Below, piece by piece: positions 9,440 through 17,658 of a DNA stretch of 27,873 bases. Each line of letters begins with the position of its first letter. Position 1 is the first letter of the stretch. The stretch covers positions 1-27,873 of the forward strand of contig JBHLPR010000028.1 in assembly GCA_048939245.1 (NCBI GenBank), written 5' to 3'. The stretch is from Promethearchaeota archaeon. GTDB taxonomy: Archaea; Asgardarchaeota; Hermodarchaeia; Hermodarchaeales; Hermodarchaeaceae. The notes under the pieces were generated by a model. That model was not told the DNA's origin. It saw only the letters and a list, made by a program, of their open reading frames with translations, and searched no databases. The translations under genes and the position numbers were made by a program.

Positions 9440-10474
9440 ATGCAAGAGGATATTTCGATATATGAGGCAGCCAAATACCCCTGGTCAGTGATGGCACGAT
9501 CCCTGCTTAAAGAACTCGATGTCTCTCTTGCTGAAGTTGATAAAAACCCCCGAATTATTCAGCGCGCTCACCAACGGCTAATGGATGCCATCGACGCTAA
9601 ATCATCACGCAAAAGAACCAGATCGAATGAGGATGCTTACACCGAACTTACCAGCTTCTTTGTCGCAAAAGCGTTAGTGGATGCCATCGGAAGCATGTAC
9701 TTACGACGGCGCTGGGCAACAGCTGAAGCAAAAATCGCAGAAGACTTCCTGATAAAAGAAACCGATACTAAACTGGTTCAACTCGCAAAAACAGAATTCA
9801 AATGGCAAATTAGTTCGCGTGGAGCACGTGTCGCTGGACGAACCTTCACCCACAGCGTCCACTTCACAAATTATTTAGCAGCCGCAGCTGGTTTTCACGA
9901 ACGCGAATGGAAACTGGTCAATAAACGACTGAATAAAGGGTTCGTTCTGCTTCGAAAAACTGAGACTACACGGGTCCTCCGTGCAGCAATAGAGAAGATT
10001 CTCATACGTGATATCAAAAAGGTGCCAGCTGATTTTCCACCGAACATTCAACAAATTTACGAGGAACTGGATTCTATCGTTCGCAAGCGAGCGGACCGCC
10101 TTAGACAAGAAATTGAAGGCGAAATCGTACCCGAAGCGTTTCCTCCTTGTATGCAAGCGCTTCTAACTGATATGAAGCAGGGGAAACCGTTGTCGCACAT
10201 CGCTCGATTCGCAATCACGGCCTTCCTTCTTAATGTCGGGATGGAAGTTGACTCAATCGTCGAACTTTTTATGCAAGCCCCTGACTTTCGAGAAGATCTA
10301 GCCCGCTATCAGATTGAGCATATTGCCGGCAAACGGGGAAGCACCGCCTATACACCGCCAAGTTGTAATTATATGATCTCTGTCCGACTCTGTGTTGACC
10401 CCGATAAAGCTGAAACTCGTCGACATCCTTTGAACTATTATCGATACAGGAGGAAACGCCTATCCAAACCATAG
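9440..10474 (+). CDS. priL: DNA primase large subunit PriL
   Basis: AKYPW, WKLVNKRLNKGFV, FPPCM, HxxRF, PDFREDLARYQIEH, YTPPSC, HPLNYY. Confidence 0.95.
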   Translation: MQEDISIYEAAKYPWSVMARSLLKELDVSLAEVDKNPRIIQRAHQRLMDAIDAKSSRKRTRSNEDAYTELTSFFVAKALVDAIGSMYLRRRWATAEAKIAEDFLIKETDTKLVQLAKTEFKWQISSRGARVAGRTFTHSVHFTNYLAAAAGFHEREWKLVNKRLNKGFVLLRKTETTRVLRAAIEKILIRDIKKVPADFPPNIQQIYEELDSIVRKRADRLRQEIEGEIVPEAFPPCMQALLTDMKQGKPLSHIARFAITAFLLNVGMEVDSIVELFMQAPDFREDLARYQIEHIAGKRGSTAYTPPSCNYMISVRLCVDPDKAETRRHPLNYYRYRRKRLSKP

Positions 10475-11691
10475 AGTTTCTCATCGACCAATTCATCAAA
10501 TATTACCAGAATCCCACAACCCCAATCACTCCTCCACATCAATTTGAAACCCGGGAGTTTGCATTCTTTTGGTTTGATCGAGAAGGGGCATTTCGGCATA
10601 CGAGTTTTGTGAACCCCGAAGAGCTTGTCAAATTCATGGGAGCCGATGGCCCCGCACACGTATTCCACTCTGCTGCATACTATGAAGCCCCAGATGCACC
10701 CCAGATGCCACTTAAAGGTTGGCTTGGTGCCGACTTGGTATTTGATATTGATGCCGATCATTTTGATTTACCCTGTCAAAAACAACACGACTCATGGTGG
10801 TGTTTGGACTGCAATCATCGCGAGCATGGTTCTCGTCCCAATCAATGCCCCAAATGTAGCAGCACCCGAATCAAGGCTTTAAATTGGATGTGCGAGGAAT
10901 GCTTAGCAAAATCCAAGGAAGAAGCCATCAAAATCATTGAAAACTTCCTCATTCCTGATATGGGCATCTCAAAGAAAGACATAATCGCTGTATTCTCTGG
11001 GCACCGCGGCTATCATATCCACACCTTCACTCCCGAACTCCATCATCTTGGTTCCCAAGAACGACGCGAAATCGTTGACTATGTCTCTGGAACCGGTATA
11101 GATTTTCGCTACCATGGATTCGTTGACAACACCTATGGCGTTCCCAAGGGACCCGATTCCCAGTCTCCAGGGTGGGAAAGAAAAATCGCTGAAGGCATCC
11201 GGCAACTATTTCAAAACCCACAACAACTAAGCCACATTCCTGGCTTAAGGGCGAACCAGATCAAAATTTTACAAAAGGATGCCAAAGCTATCAGCAAACA
11301 ACTCAACGAAGTCCCTCCTCATTATATCACTCCTAAAGGTGTCGGTCAAAAAACGTGGTATACCATTGCCCAATATGTTATAGAAAGCTATGCGGCGATA
11401 GTGGATGAGCCAGTTACAACTGATATCCACCGGCTCATACGACTTCCTGGTTCCTTACATGGAAAAACTGGGTTTCTTGTAAAACATCTCAAAGTATCAG
11501 ATCTAGAAGATTTTGACCCATTCTCTCAAGCGCAGGTCTTCTCCGGAACAGTAACAATCCGTATTTCCGATTCTCCTGAATTTACCTTAAATGGCGAATA
11601 TTATCCTCCAATGCACGAAATTAAAAAGGAGCTTCCGCTTTCCGCTGCTATGCTACTTCTTTGCAAAGGCGTAGCTAAACTCGTAACCTAA
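10462..11691 (+). CDS. priS: DNA primase catalytic subunit PriS; N-terminus extends ~49 codons upstream of the track start
   Basis: LVFDIDAD, FSGHRGYH, DEPVTTDIHRLIRLPGSLHGKTG. The in-frame upstream sequence encodes FIKYY...REFAF...RHTSF but has no ATG/GTG/TTG. Start placed at ATC 10462 (8 nt after AGGAGG) as a best guess. Confidence 0.93.
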   Translation: MQTIEFLIDQFIKYYQNPTTPITPPHQFETREFAFFWFDREGAFRHTSFVNPEELVKFMGADGPAHVFHSAAYYEAPDAPQMPLKGWLGADLVFDIDADHFDLPCQKQHDSWWCLDCNHREHGSRPNQCPKCSSTRIKALNWMCEECLAKSKEEAIKIIENFLIPDMGISKKDIIAVFSGHRGYHIHTFTPELHHLGSQERREIVDYVSGTGIDFRYHGFVDNTYGVPKGPDSQSPGWERKIAEGIRQLFQNPQQLSHIPGLRANQIKILQKDAKAISKQLNEVPPHYITPKGVGQKTWYTIAQYVIESYAAIVDEPVTTDIHRLIRLPGSLHGKTGFLVKHLKVSDLEDFDPFSQAQVFSGTVTIRISDSPEFTLNGEYYPPMHEIKKELPLSAAMLLLCKGVAKLVT

Positions 11692-12260
11692 TGGAGGGAA
11701 CCGTACTGTATACAGCGCTTCTTGAACGATGGCAAGCGGAACGTGATTCACCTACACTGCTTCCTTTACGTGACTCTTTCCTCCAAAGTATACGAGATTA
11801 TATCGAGCAACTACTCGAACAGAGTCGTGACGAGAACACCACTGACTTTCAACGTCAACTCTTTGAAACGGAACTCATGAATCTCCAGTTCATGATGAAA
11901 AGTCTACTCGAAATGAGGGTGCAAAAAATCCTTAACAAACTGGTTGAGCATGAGATTGATTATGATCTCCTAACTCGTAGCGAACGACGCTTTGCAGATC
12001 AGGTGTCCCGCAATCTCCGATCCGCTCTAATGCCGACAGATGATTTGTTTGCTCCGTTAGACACCAACACCACTTCTCAGCTGTTACTCATCCGATTTCT
12101 TGAGGAACATCCTCAGCTCGTTGGAGTAGATTTAAAAACCTACGGACCTTTCAAACCGGATGACCTCGCGGCGCTTCCCGTCGAAAACGCCCGGCTCATA
12201 ATCCGAAAAAACCAAGCAGAACCTGTAGAACTAGGTGATATTCACCATGAAAGCTCCTAA
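11691..12260 (+). CDS. gins15: GINS subunit Gins15 (Gins51)
   Basis: Helical A domain (ER..LLPL..F...RDYI; R.QKI) followed by B domain IRFLEEHPQLVGVDLKTYGPFKPDD. Conserved position after priS. Confidence 0.9.
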   Translation: MEGTVLYTALLERWQAERDSPTLLPLRDSFLQSIRDYIEQLLEQSRDENTTDFQRQLFETELMNLQFMMKSLLEMRVQKILNKLVEHEIDYDLLTRSERRFADQVSRNLRSALMPTDDLFAPLDTNTTSQLLLIRFLEEHPQLVGVDLKTYGPFKPDDLAALPVENARLIIRKNQAEPVELGDIHHESS

Positions 12261-12522
12261 AACTATTAAAACCTATTGTGCCCGGTGCAAAAAGCATACA
12301 GAACATGCTGCTAGTCTGTACAAGAAAGGTCGTGAGCGTGTTCTATCTGCAGGTCGTCGTCGCTATAATAGAAAATCATCAGGATACGGCTCTCAACCCA
12401 AACAAATTCAAAAACGGTTCTCAAAAGTTACCAAAAAGCAATCACTCCGGTTAAAATGCAAAGAGTGTGACCATGTGACGGTTCGAGAAGGTATACGTCT
12501 AAAAAAGTTGGAACTGGTCTAG
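12247..12522 (+). CDS. rpl44e: 50S ribosomal protein L44e (eL42)
   Basis: MKAPKTIKTYCARCKKHTEH...GYGSQPK...KVTKK..LRLKCKEC. ATG 12247 follows AGGTGA. Confidence 0.96.
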   Translation: MKAPKTIKTYCARCKKHTEHAASLYKKGRERVLSAGRRRYNRKSSGYGSQPKQIQKRFSKVTKKQSLRLKCKECDHVTVREGIRLKKLELV

Positions 12523-12540
12523 TCCTGGAGTGGAAAAATC

Positions 12541-12738
12541 GTGGGTAAAAAGAAAAAAACTATTAAAGAGCCCAAGTCTCGCTTCTTGCTTGTTAAATGT
12601 AAAGAATGCGACCATGAGCAAACAATCTTTGGTTGGGCAAGCCAAAAGGTCGTGTGTGACGTTTGTGGTAAACCGCTAACGAAACCCACGGGGGGCAAAG
12701 CTGAAATCATCGGAGAAGTAATTCAAGAACTGAGTTAG
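12541..12738 (+). CDS. rps27e: 30S ribosomal protein S27e
   Basis: PKSRFLLVKCKECDHEQTIF...CDVCG..L.KPTGGKA. Confidence 0.96.
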   Translation: MGKKKKTIKEPKSRFLLVKCKECDHEQTIFGWASQKVVCDVCGKPLTKPTGGKAEIIGEVIQELS

Positions 12739-12770
12739 TTCTCCTTGGTTCTTATGCGCAGGTGGTTCTC

Positions 12771-13580
12771 ATGGCAAAAAAAACTAGTCCAGTTTTCTCA
12801 AAACAATCCAAACTCCCTGAAGTAGGAGAACTTGTCATTGCTACGGTAAACCGGATCACTTCCCATGGATCTTATGCTCTAATGGATGAATACAACGAAC
12901 AGGAATGCTTCATTCATATTTCTGAAATTGCATCAACATGGGTACGGAATATTCGAAACTTCGTTCGTGAGAACCAAAAAATAGTTGTCAAGGTTCTTCG
13001 AGTTGATGCGGATCGAAAGCAAGTTGATACATCATTACGGCGGGTCACCAAAGAACAAGGGCGAATGAAAATTCAGGAATGGAAGCGAGCTCAACGTGGT
13101 ATCAAATTATTAGCTTTAGCCGCTGAACAAATGAAAAAGACGCCACAAGAAGCGTATGAAATTGCTGGAAAACCCATGGAAGCTAACTACTCCGATATCC
13201 TTGAAGCCTTGGAAGAAACGAAGGAGAAAGGGCCAACGGTTCTCACAGCAATTGGTATACCAAAAAAGTGGGCTGAACTATTGTATGAGCTGGCACAGGC
13301 CCATGTAATCATTCGCGATGTGAGTGTGGAAACAACAATCGAACTCACCTGCCGAGGACCTGAGGGAATAGAAGGCATTCGGAAAGCTCTTCTTGCAGCA
13401 GAAAAAATTGTTGCGCCTACGGGCGGCACGGTCTTTCTTGAAGGTGCTCCTCGCTACCGAATTCAAGTGAGTGGAAAAGATTACAAACAGGCTGAACAAC
13501 TGCTAGAAAAAGCTGTTGAAAAGAGTTTAGAAGTCATTGAGAAATGTGGTGGCGAATGTAAAGTCGCTAGCGGATCTTGA
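12771..13580 (+). CDS. eif2a: Translation initiation factor 2 alpha subunit
   Basis: S1 domain LPEVGELVIATV...FIHISEIAS.WVRNIR, VDTSLRRV, GAPRYRI. ATG 12771 follows GGTGG. Confidence 0.97.
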   Translation: MAKKTSPVFSKQSKLPEVGELVIATVNRITSHGSYALMDEYNEQECFIHISEIASTWVRNIRNFVRENQKIVVKVLRVDADRKQVDTSLRRVTKEQGRMKIQEWKRAQRGIKLLALAAEQMKKTPQEAYEIAGKPMEANYSDILEALEETKEKGPTVLTAIGIPKKWAELLYELAQAHVIIRDVSVETTIELTCRGPEGIEGIRKALLAAEKIVAPTGGTVFLEGAPRYRIQVSGKDYKQAEQLLEKAVEKSLEVIEKCGGECKVASGS

Positions 13581-13612
13581 ATTGATACTGAGCATTAATT
13601 GAGGGGACATCA

Positions 13613-13813
13613 CTGACAAAGCTGTTAAAGAAATGTAGTCGGTGCAATACCTACACACTCAATCCAACACGATGTCCCAGTTGTGGTGGTCCTGTAATAA
13701 ATGCCCATCCTGCACGGTTTTCCATCGAGGACCGCTATGGCTCATATCGCCGAAAAATGAAGAAAGAACTACTTTCTTCAAATAATACGCCGGAAGACAC
13801 GGCATCTAGATAG
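13613..13813 (+). CDS. nop10: H/ACA RNP protein Nop10
   Basis: Not in ORF track. Translation (L)TKLLKKCSRCNTYTLNPTRCPSCGGPVINAHPARFSIEDRYGSYRRKMKK... has the Zn ribbon and HPARFS.ED.Y..YR signature, in its canonical position after aIF2alpha. The best available start is CTG, 6 nt after GAGGGG. Confidence 0.92.
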   Translation: MTKLLKKCSRCNTYTLNPTRCPSCGGPVINAHPARFSIEDRYGSYRRKMKKELLSSNNTPEDTASR

Positions 13814-16782
13814 TTCAAGTAAAACATACTCTTTTCTTTCACTAGCACTGTTTCTGATGTAGGCGAATTTGTTTCTGTTGGAGATGAAGGACTGGATGGT
13901 GTAGGTGTCGTTTGAATTGTGATCGGAATTGTCACGTTTAATCCGTAGTAGCGGGGGACATCGCTCATGTAGTGTAGAAGTACGTTCACCTGTTCTCCTG
14001 CGATGAGATCAACACCCCAATAATTGGCATCAATTGTTATTCCAAGAACGTCAGTACTATAGAGGAGACGCCCACGGGTTAGAATAGCATTTTCTATGGA
14101 AAACTCGATGTCGTTGAGAAGCCCTTCTAAATCAACTTCGAGGTACCCTTCTCCTGTATTTTGGATTTCAAGATAGATTGTATCATTATCGTAGGCCCAA
14201 CAATTGGCGCTAAGAGGTGACAATTCCCAGGCTGGAGCATTACGAACGGGAATCGTTGTTTTTGCATTCAATGTTGGAATGAAACCAGCTGCATTGAGAG
14301 TGACGTTAATCTCGGTGCCAATTGTGAAGTATGGTTCAGCTCGTATCGCTAGTATTCTCGTCTCATCCGGGTTAATCGTTAAGTTGCCTGTATCCGATGT
14401 GATTCTATCATAGAAAGCAGTGATGCTGTCATATTGCTCTGTGATTCCATTCCAATACCCGATCTCCGCAGTATCTATTGTAATTGGATGGAGTCCTGTA
14501 TTCTTAACAGATAAAACAATCTGTGAAAAATCGTTTGCTGCATCAACATCTTTGTGAACTGGGTAAGCACTAGCTCCAGTTATTTCGAAATTACTTTCCA
14601 AGTAGGTATAGTTGCACTTGAAGATTTTCATAAACTGGGTATTGCTGAAATAGACGGGCTCGAAGAGGCTTAAAATCGTTTTTGCAGGCTCTGTAGTTAT
14701 ATCTGGTGCGATGCCGGGGTTTCCTGTGGTGTTTAATGTTGGGGGGTCAACTCCAACTTGGCTAGCATTCAGCCAGAGCATGTTATAGATTACCGTCTGA
14801 AAGAACGGATCAAGGTATTGACCCGTGTTTGGATCCCAGAAGTAGTTTTCATCAGGGACTTCATCACCGAACACTTCACCTGCAATCCGAATCATCCACT
14901 GCCATTTACCCTCATCACCACTCAAGCCAGATCGCCCTAATCCGAAATGGACGAAAGCATAGTCGACACTAAGCATTTGGCAAATTCTCAGAGCAGCCAC
15001 ATAATCGGTTTCCATGAACATCCGGCCAACCCATGCTATCTGAGTTTTATTTATAGTGGCATTATCAACAACCGTAAAACGATCACCGACTTGCCGGGTC
15101 CAATATCCATAGTCCCACCAGGACATATAGACCGTTCCGGGGGGTGTGTGGTATTTCATCCAAGCAAAGGCATCAAGATAATCTCGATAATAGACTGCGT
15201 CACCACTCGTTGTCCGTCCTCCGGGAGTAATTTCAGGGCCTGCCATCCCTTCGACTGCCCCGATGGCTGTTATGGTTGAAGCAAGGAGTAATACAATGAG
15301 GAATAGATACGCCACGCTGGCAAACCCTCGGCCAACGGGTGGGGTGATTCGTCGGCGCCGTCGCGTAAGAATGGTCCGTTGCCAGAATATGGGACGGAAT
15401 GGACGGATGGCCATCAATAAGCCATATGAACCAAGGATTGCTGCAGCAGGGGCAAGGATGAGTGCTAATCGAATCATCGAACCAGTGAAATACAAAGCGG
15501 TAAGGGCGAAGATGATGAGTAAGATGTCCGTTTCACGCTCGCGTTGAAATGCAATATAAAATCCAAATGGCATGACCAGGATTAAGAAACTGAGGTTATA
15601 CCAAAAGGTTGCCCACGGAGAGGGAAGGTGTTCACCTACTGACGCTAAGAGAAAAGCGTTTTGGCGAATCAAAGGATCGATGACGGTGTAAAATTTTCCA
15701 GCGAGACTTCCCAAGAACCCTTGTCCTCCTCCAGTCGATAACGTAAGAACGAGTCCAGACTGGAATAGATAACCTAACCCAACAACAATAAGGGCACACA
15801 TCGCACCAAAAATATACGCAAAATAGGGTCGAATTCTCGTCGATAACCCAGTTAGACGACCGGGGAAACTAATCTCAGTCAATTGGTAGCTGCGACTCAA
15901 TTCGATTAATAACAGAAGTGCCCAAACTCCGAGCGGTATTAAACCCGTCGTTTCAGTGGGCCAGTCAAAACCAATCCGGGGGACACAGACGGCAATGGCC
16001 ATGCCCGTGAGCACGACTCCTGAATAAGCGAGTAAAAGGCGGCGTGAATAGCGACGAAGTAAGACCATAACTAATGCAAATATAGCAAAAATTTGAAACA
16101 TGTACAAATAAACACTCCAACTCGCAGAAAGATAACCGAGTGATAGTCCCCCCAACATAGCTGAGGCGATGGAGCCTTTACGTAGCGCTCGAATAAAGAA
16201 GAAAAGGGTAAGAAGAATCGCGAAAATCCCCACAGCCTCGTTGTCAAAAAATCCTGCAATTGTACGCTGGACATAGGCAGGAAGTATGGCCATGAAAAAG
16301 GCTGCGAGAAGACCCACTTCTTTTGAACTCACCTCGACACCAAGAGCATAAATTGCGATAACACCAAAAACACCCATAATTGCGGGGAAAAGTACGACTA
16401 TCGTCATTACATCAATACTTATTCCGAGACTTTGAACGGCTAAGAACATCAAGGCAGCTGTGAATGGAATTCCCGGATATGAGGATCGAGGGATACTTCG
16501 ACCCCATGGAATCCACGTTGTGGTATCATACCATCCAAACCATGCGCCAAATCCGTTCTGTAAAATGTATTCGACTTCACGTAGGTTGTACCAAGGGTCA
16601 AAGGCGCGAATCAGGGTCTCGAATCCTACCATGGGAAGTAGTCGAATAGCCAACGCAACGATGCAGATAATGAGGAGCGCTAGGGCTGCCATGATATTAG
16701 CTCTGGAGAGCTCCATTCTTGGTCCATGTAGATAACGACGGATGAAAGACCAAGCTGATCGTAAAGCGCCGCGTATTGACAT
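13735..16782 (-). CDS. aglB: Oligosaccharyltransferase AglB/STT3 with long C-terminal extension
   Basis: Multi-TM N-half with FDPWYN, AGFFDNE, SVGEH; then WWDYG, DNAT, and DEGKWQWMIRI (DK motif). Confidence 0.95.
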   Translation of the reverse strand: MSIRGALRSAWSFIRRYLHGPRMELSRANIMAALALLIICIVALAIRLLPMVGFETLIRAFDPWYNLREVEYILQNGFGAWFGWYDTTTWIPWGRSIPRSSYPGIPFTAALMFLAVQSLGISIDVMTIVVLFPAIMGVFGVIAIYALGVEVSSKEVGLLAAFFMAILPAYVQRTIAGFFDNEAVGIFAILLTLFFFIRALRKGSIASAMLGGLSLGYLSASWSVYLYMFQIFAIFALVMVLLRRYSRRLLLAYSGVVLTGMAIAVCVPRIGFDWPTETTGLIPLGVWALLLLIELSRSYQLTEISFPGRLTGLSTRIRPYFAYIFGAMCALIVVGLGYLFQSGLVLTLSTGGGQGFLGSLAGKFYTVIDPLIRQNAFLLASVGEHLPSPWATFWYNLSFLILVMPFGFYIAFQRERETDILLIIFALTALYFTGSMIRLALILAPAAAILGSYGLLMAIRPFRPIFWQRTILTRRRRRITPPVGRGFASVAYLFLIVLLLASTITAIGAVEGMAGPEITPGGRTTSGDAVYYRDYLDAFAWMKYHTPPGTVYMSWWDYGYWTRQVGDRFTVVDNATINKTQIAWVGRMFMETDYVAALRICQMLSVDYAFVHFGLGRSGLSGDEGKWQWMIRIAGEVFGDEVPDENYFWDPNTGQYLDPFFQTVIYNMLWLNASQVGVDPPTLNTTGNPGIAPDITTEPAKTILSLFEPVYFSNTQFMKIFKCNYTYLESNFEITGASAYPVHKDVDAANDFSQIVLSVKNTGLHPITIDTAEIGYWNGITEQYDSITAFYDRITSDTGNLTINPDETRILAIRAEPYFTIGTEINVTLNAAGFIPTLNAKTTIPVRNAPAWELSPLSANCWAYDNDTIYLEIQNTGEGYLEVDLEGLLNDIEFSIENAILTRGRLLYSTDVLGITIDANYWGVDLIAGEQVNVLLHYMSDVPRYYGLNVTIPITIQTTPTPSSPSSPTETNSPTSETVLVKEKSMFYLNYLDAVSSGVLFEESSSFFIFRRYEP

Positions 16783-16870
16783 TCAGTCACCAAGTGGAGT
16801 TGAAGTGATGCCATGATAATGACGTGTGCTTAAAAAATTTCTCGTAGCGACCACACTGCCAGTTATGCGA

Positions 16871-17263
16871 TTATTTTGCCAAGCCTTCAGTGAAAGTCTT
16901 GTATGCAGCAGGGTTCATGAGGCTTTTTATCTCATCTGGGTCCGAGGCTTTGATCGTAATCATCCACCCTTCGCCATATGGATCATTATTCACCAGCTCT
17001 GGCGCTTCCTCAAGTTTCTCATTCATCTCAACAACCTCGCCTGAAACTGGTGAAAAAAGCTCTGATGTGGCTTTTACCGAATCAACAGTTCCAAACACTT
17101 CATTCACTTTCACCGCTGTGCCAACAGCAGGCAATTCCACCATAACGACTTCGTGCAATTCTTCTTGAGCATAATCAGTGATGCCCACACGCACGATCCC
17201 GTCTTCTTGACGGATCCATTCGTGTTCTTTCGTATAAAGTAAATCAGCAGGAATCTTGCTCAT
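16871..17263 (-). CDS. gcvH: Glycine cleavage system H protein (lipoyl carrier)
   Basis: YTKEHEW, VGITDYAQ, DSVKAT (lipoyl-Lys), SPVSGEV, VNNDPYGEGW. Confidence 0.96.
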   Translation of the reverse strand: MSKIPADLLYTKEHEWIRQEDGIVRVGITDYAQEELHEVVMVELPAVGTAVKVNEVFGTVDSVKATSELFSPVSGEVVEMNEKLEEAPELVNNDPYGEGWMITIKASDPDEIKSLMNPAAYKTFTEGLAK

Positions 17264-17311
17264 CTCAACAAAACCCCAAATAGTTGGTTATGTTCGCGTT
17301 TACTCGTTCCG

Positions 17312-17325
17312 CTATAAAGGTCTTT
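17312..17325 (-). promoter_or_regulatory. Putative BRE/TATA promoter of gcvH
   Basis: Minus strand AAAGACC-TTTATAG about 50 nt upstream of the gcvH ATG. Confidence 0.45.
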
Positions 17326-17395
17326 AGTTGATTCATTTCAAACAAGATTTCTGAATACGATGAAGACAAACGTGCGACGTTTTCCCGTTCCTTGT

Positions 17396-17636
17396 GGATT
17401 GGGCTTTGGACTTTTCCTTCCTGGTACACTTGTGACCAAGGTGTGTTTAGCCTGAAATTTAGCAGGTTCTAACGCTTCTCATCCCCACACCTGCCCCTTA
17501 TTTAAGGGAATTTCATACTACGCTGGAGAAGCCTTCATGTACGTAGATGCAGTCCTGCCGCTTAACGACTGGTATAATATACATCCAGTCGGGCATACTA
17601 CGGGTATAGCAATTAGCTGTATACACTCAACAATCC
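17396..17636. ncRNA. Candidate structured RNA of unknown family
   Basis: ORF-free. About ten complementary segment pairs, including an end-closing GGATTG/CAATCC helix and two crossing (pseudoknot-type) pairings; see findings. Confidence 0.4.
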
Positions 17637-17644
17637 TTCTCGCC

Positions 17645-17658
17645 GACAAAGTTAAAAC
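17645..17658 (+). promoter_or_regulatory. Putative BRE/TATA promoter of the tRNA-Leu gene
   Basis: GACAAAG-TTAAAA implies a start near 17680 and a leader of about 50 nt. Confidence 0.45.

Noticed and set aside
17364-17392. Group II intron domain V-like GAAAACGUCGCACGU on the minus strand
   Set aside because: The 5' arm with the AGC/CGC triad and its pairing are missing; no RT gene.
17396-17636. RNase P RNA, SRP RNA, glycine riboswitch or raiA-motif identity for the structured element
   Set aside because: Only isolated words match (GGAAAAGUCC and UUUCAGGC on minus, AGUCCUGCCG on plus). Partner motifs are absent or misordered, so no family is assigned without a covariance-model search.
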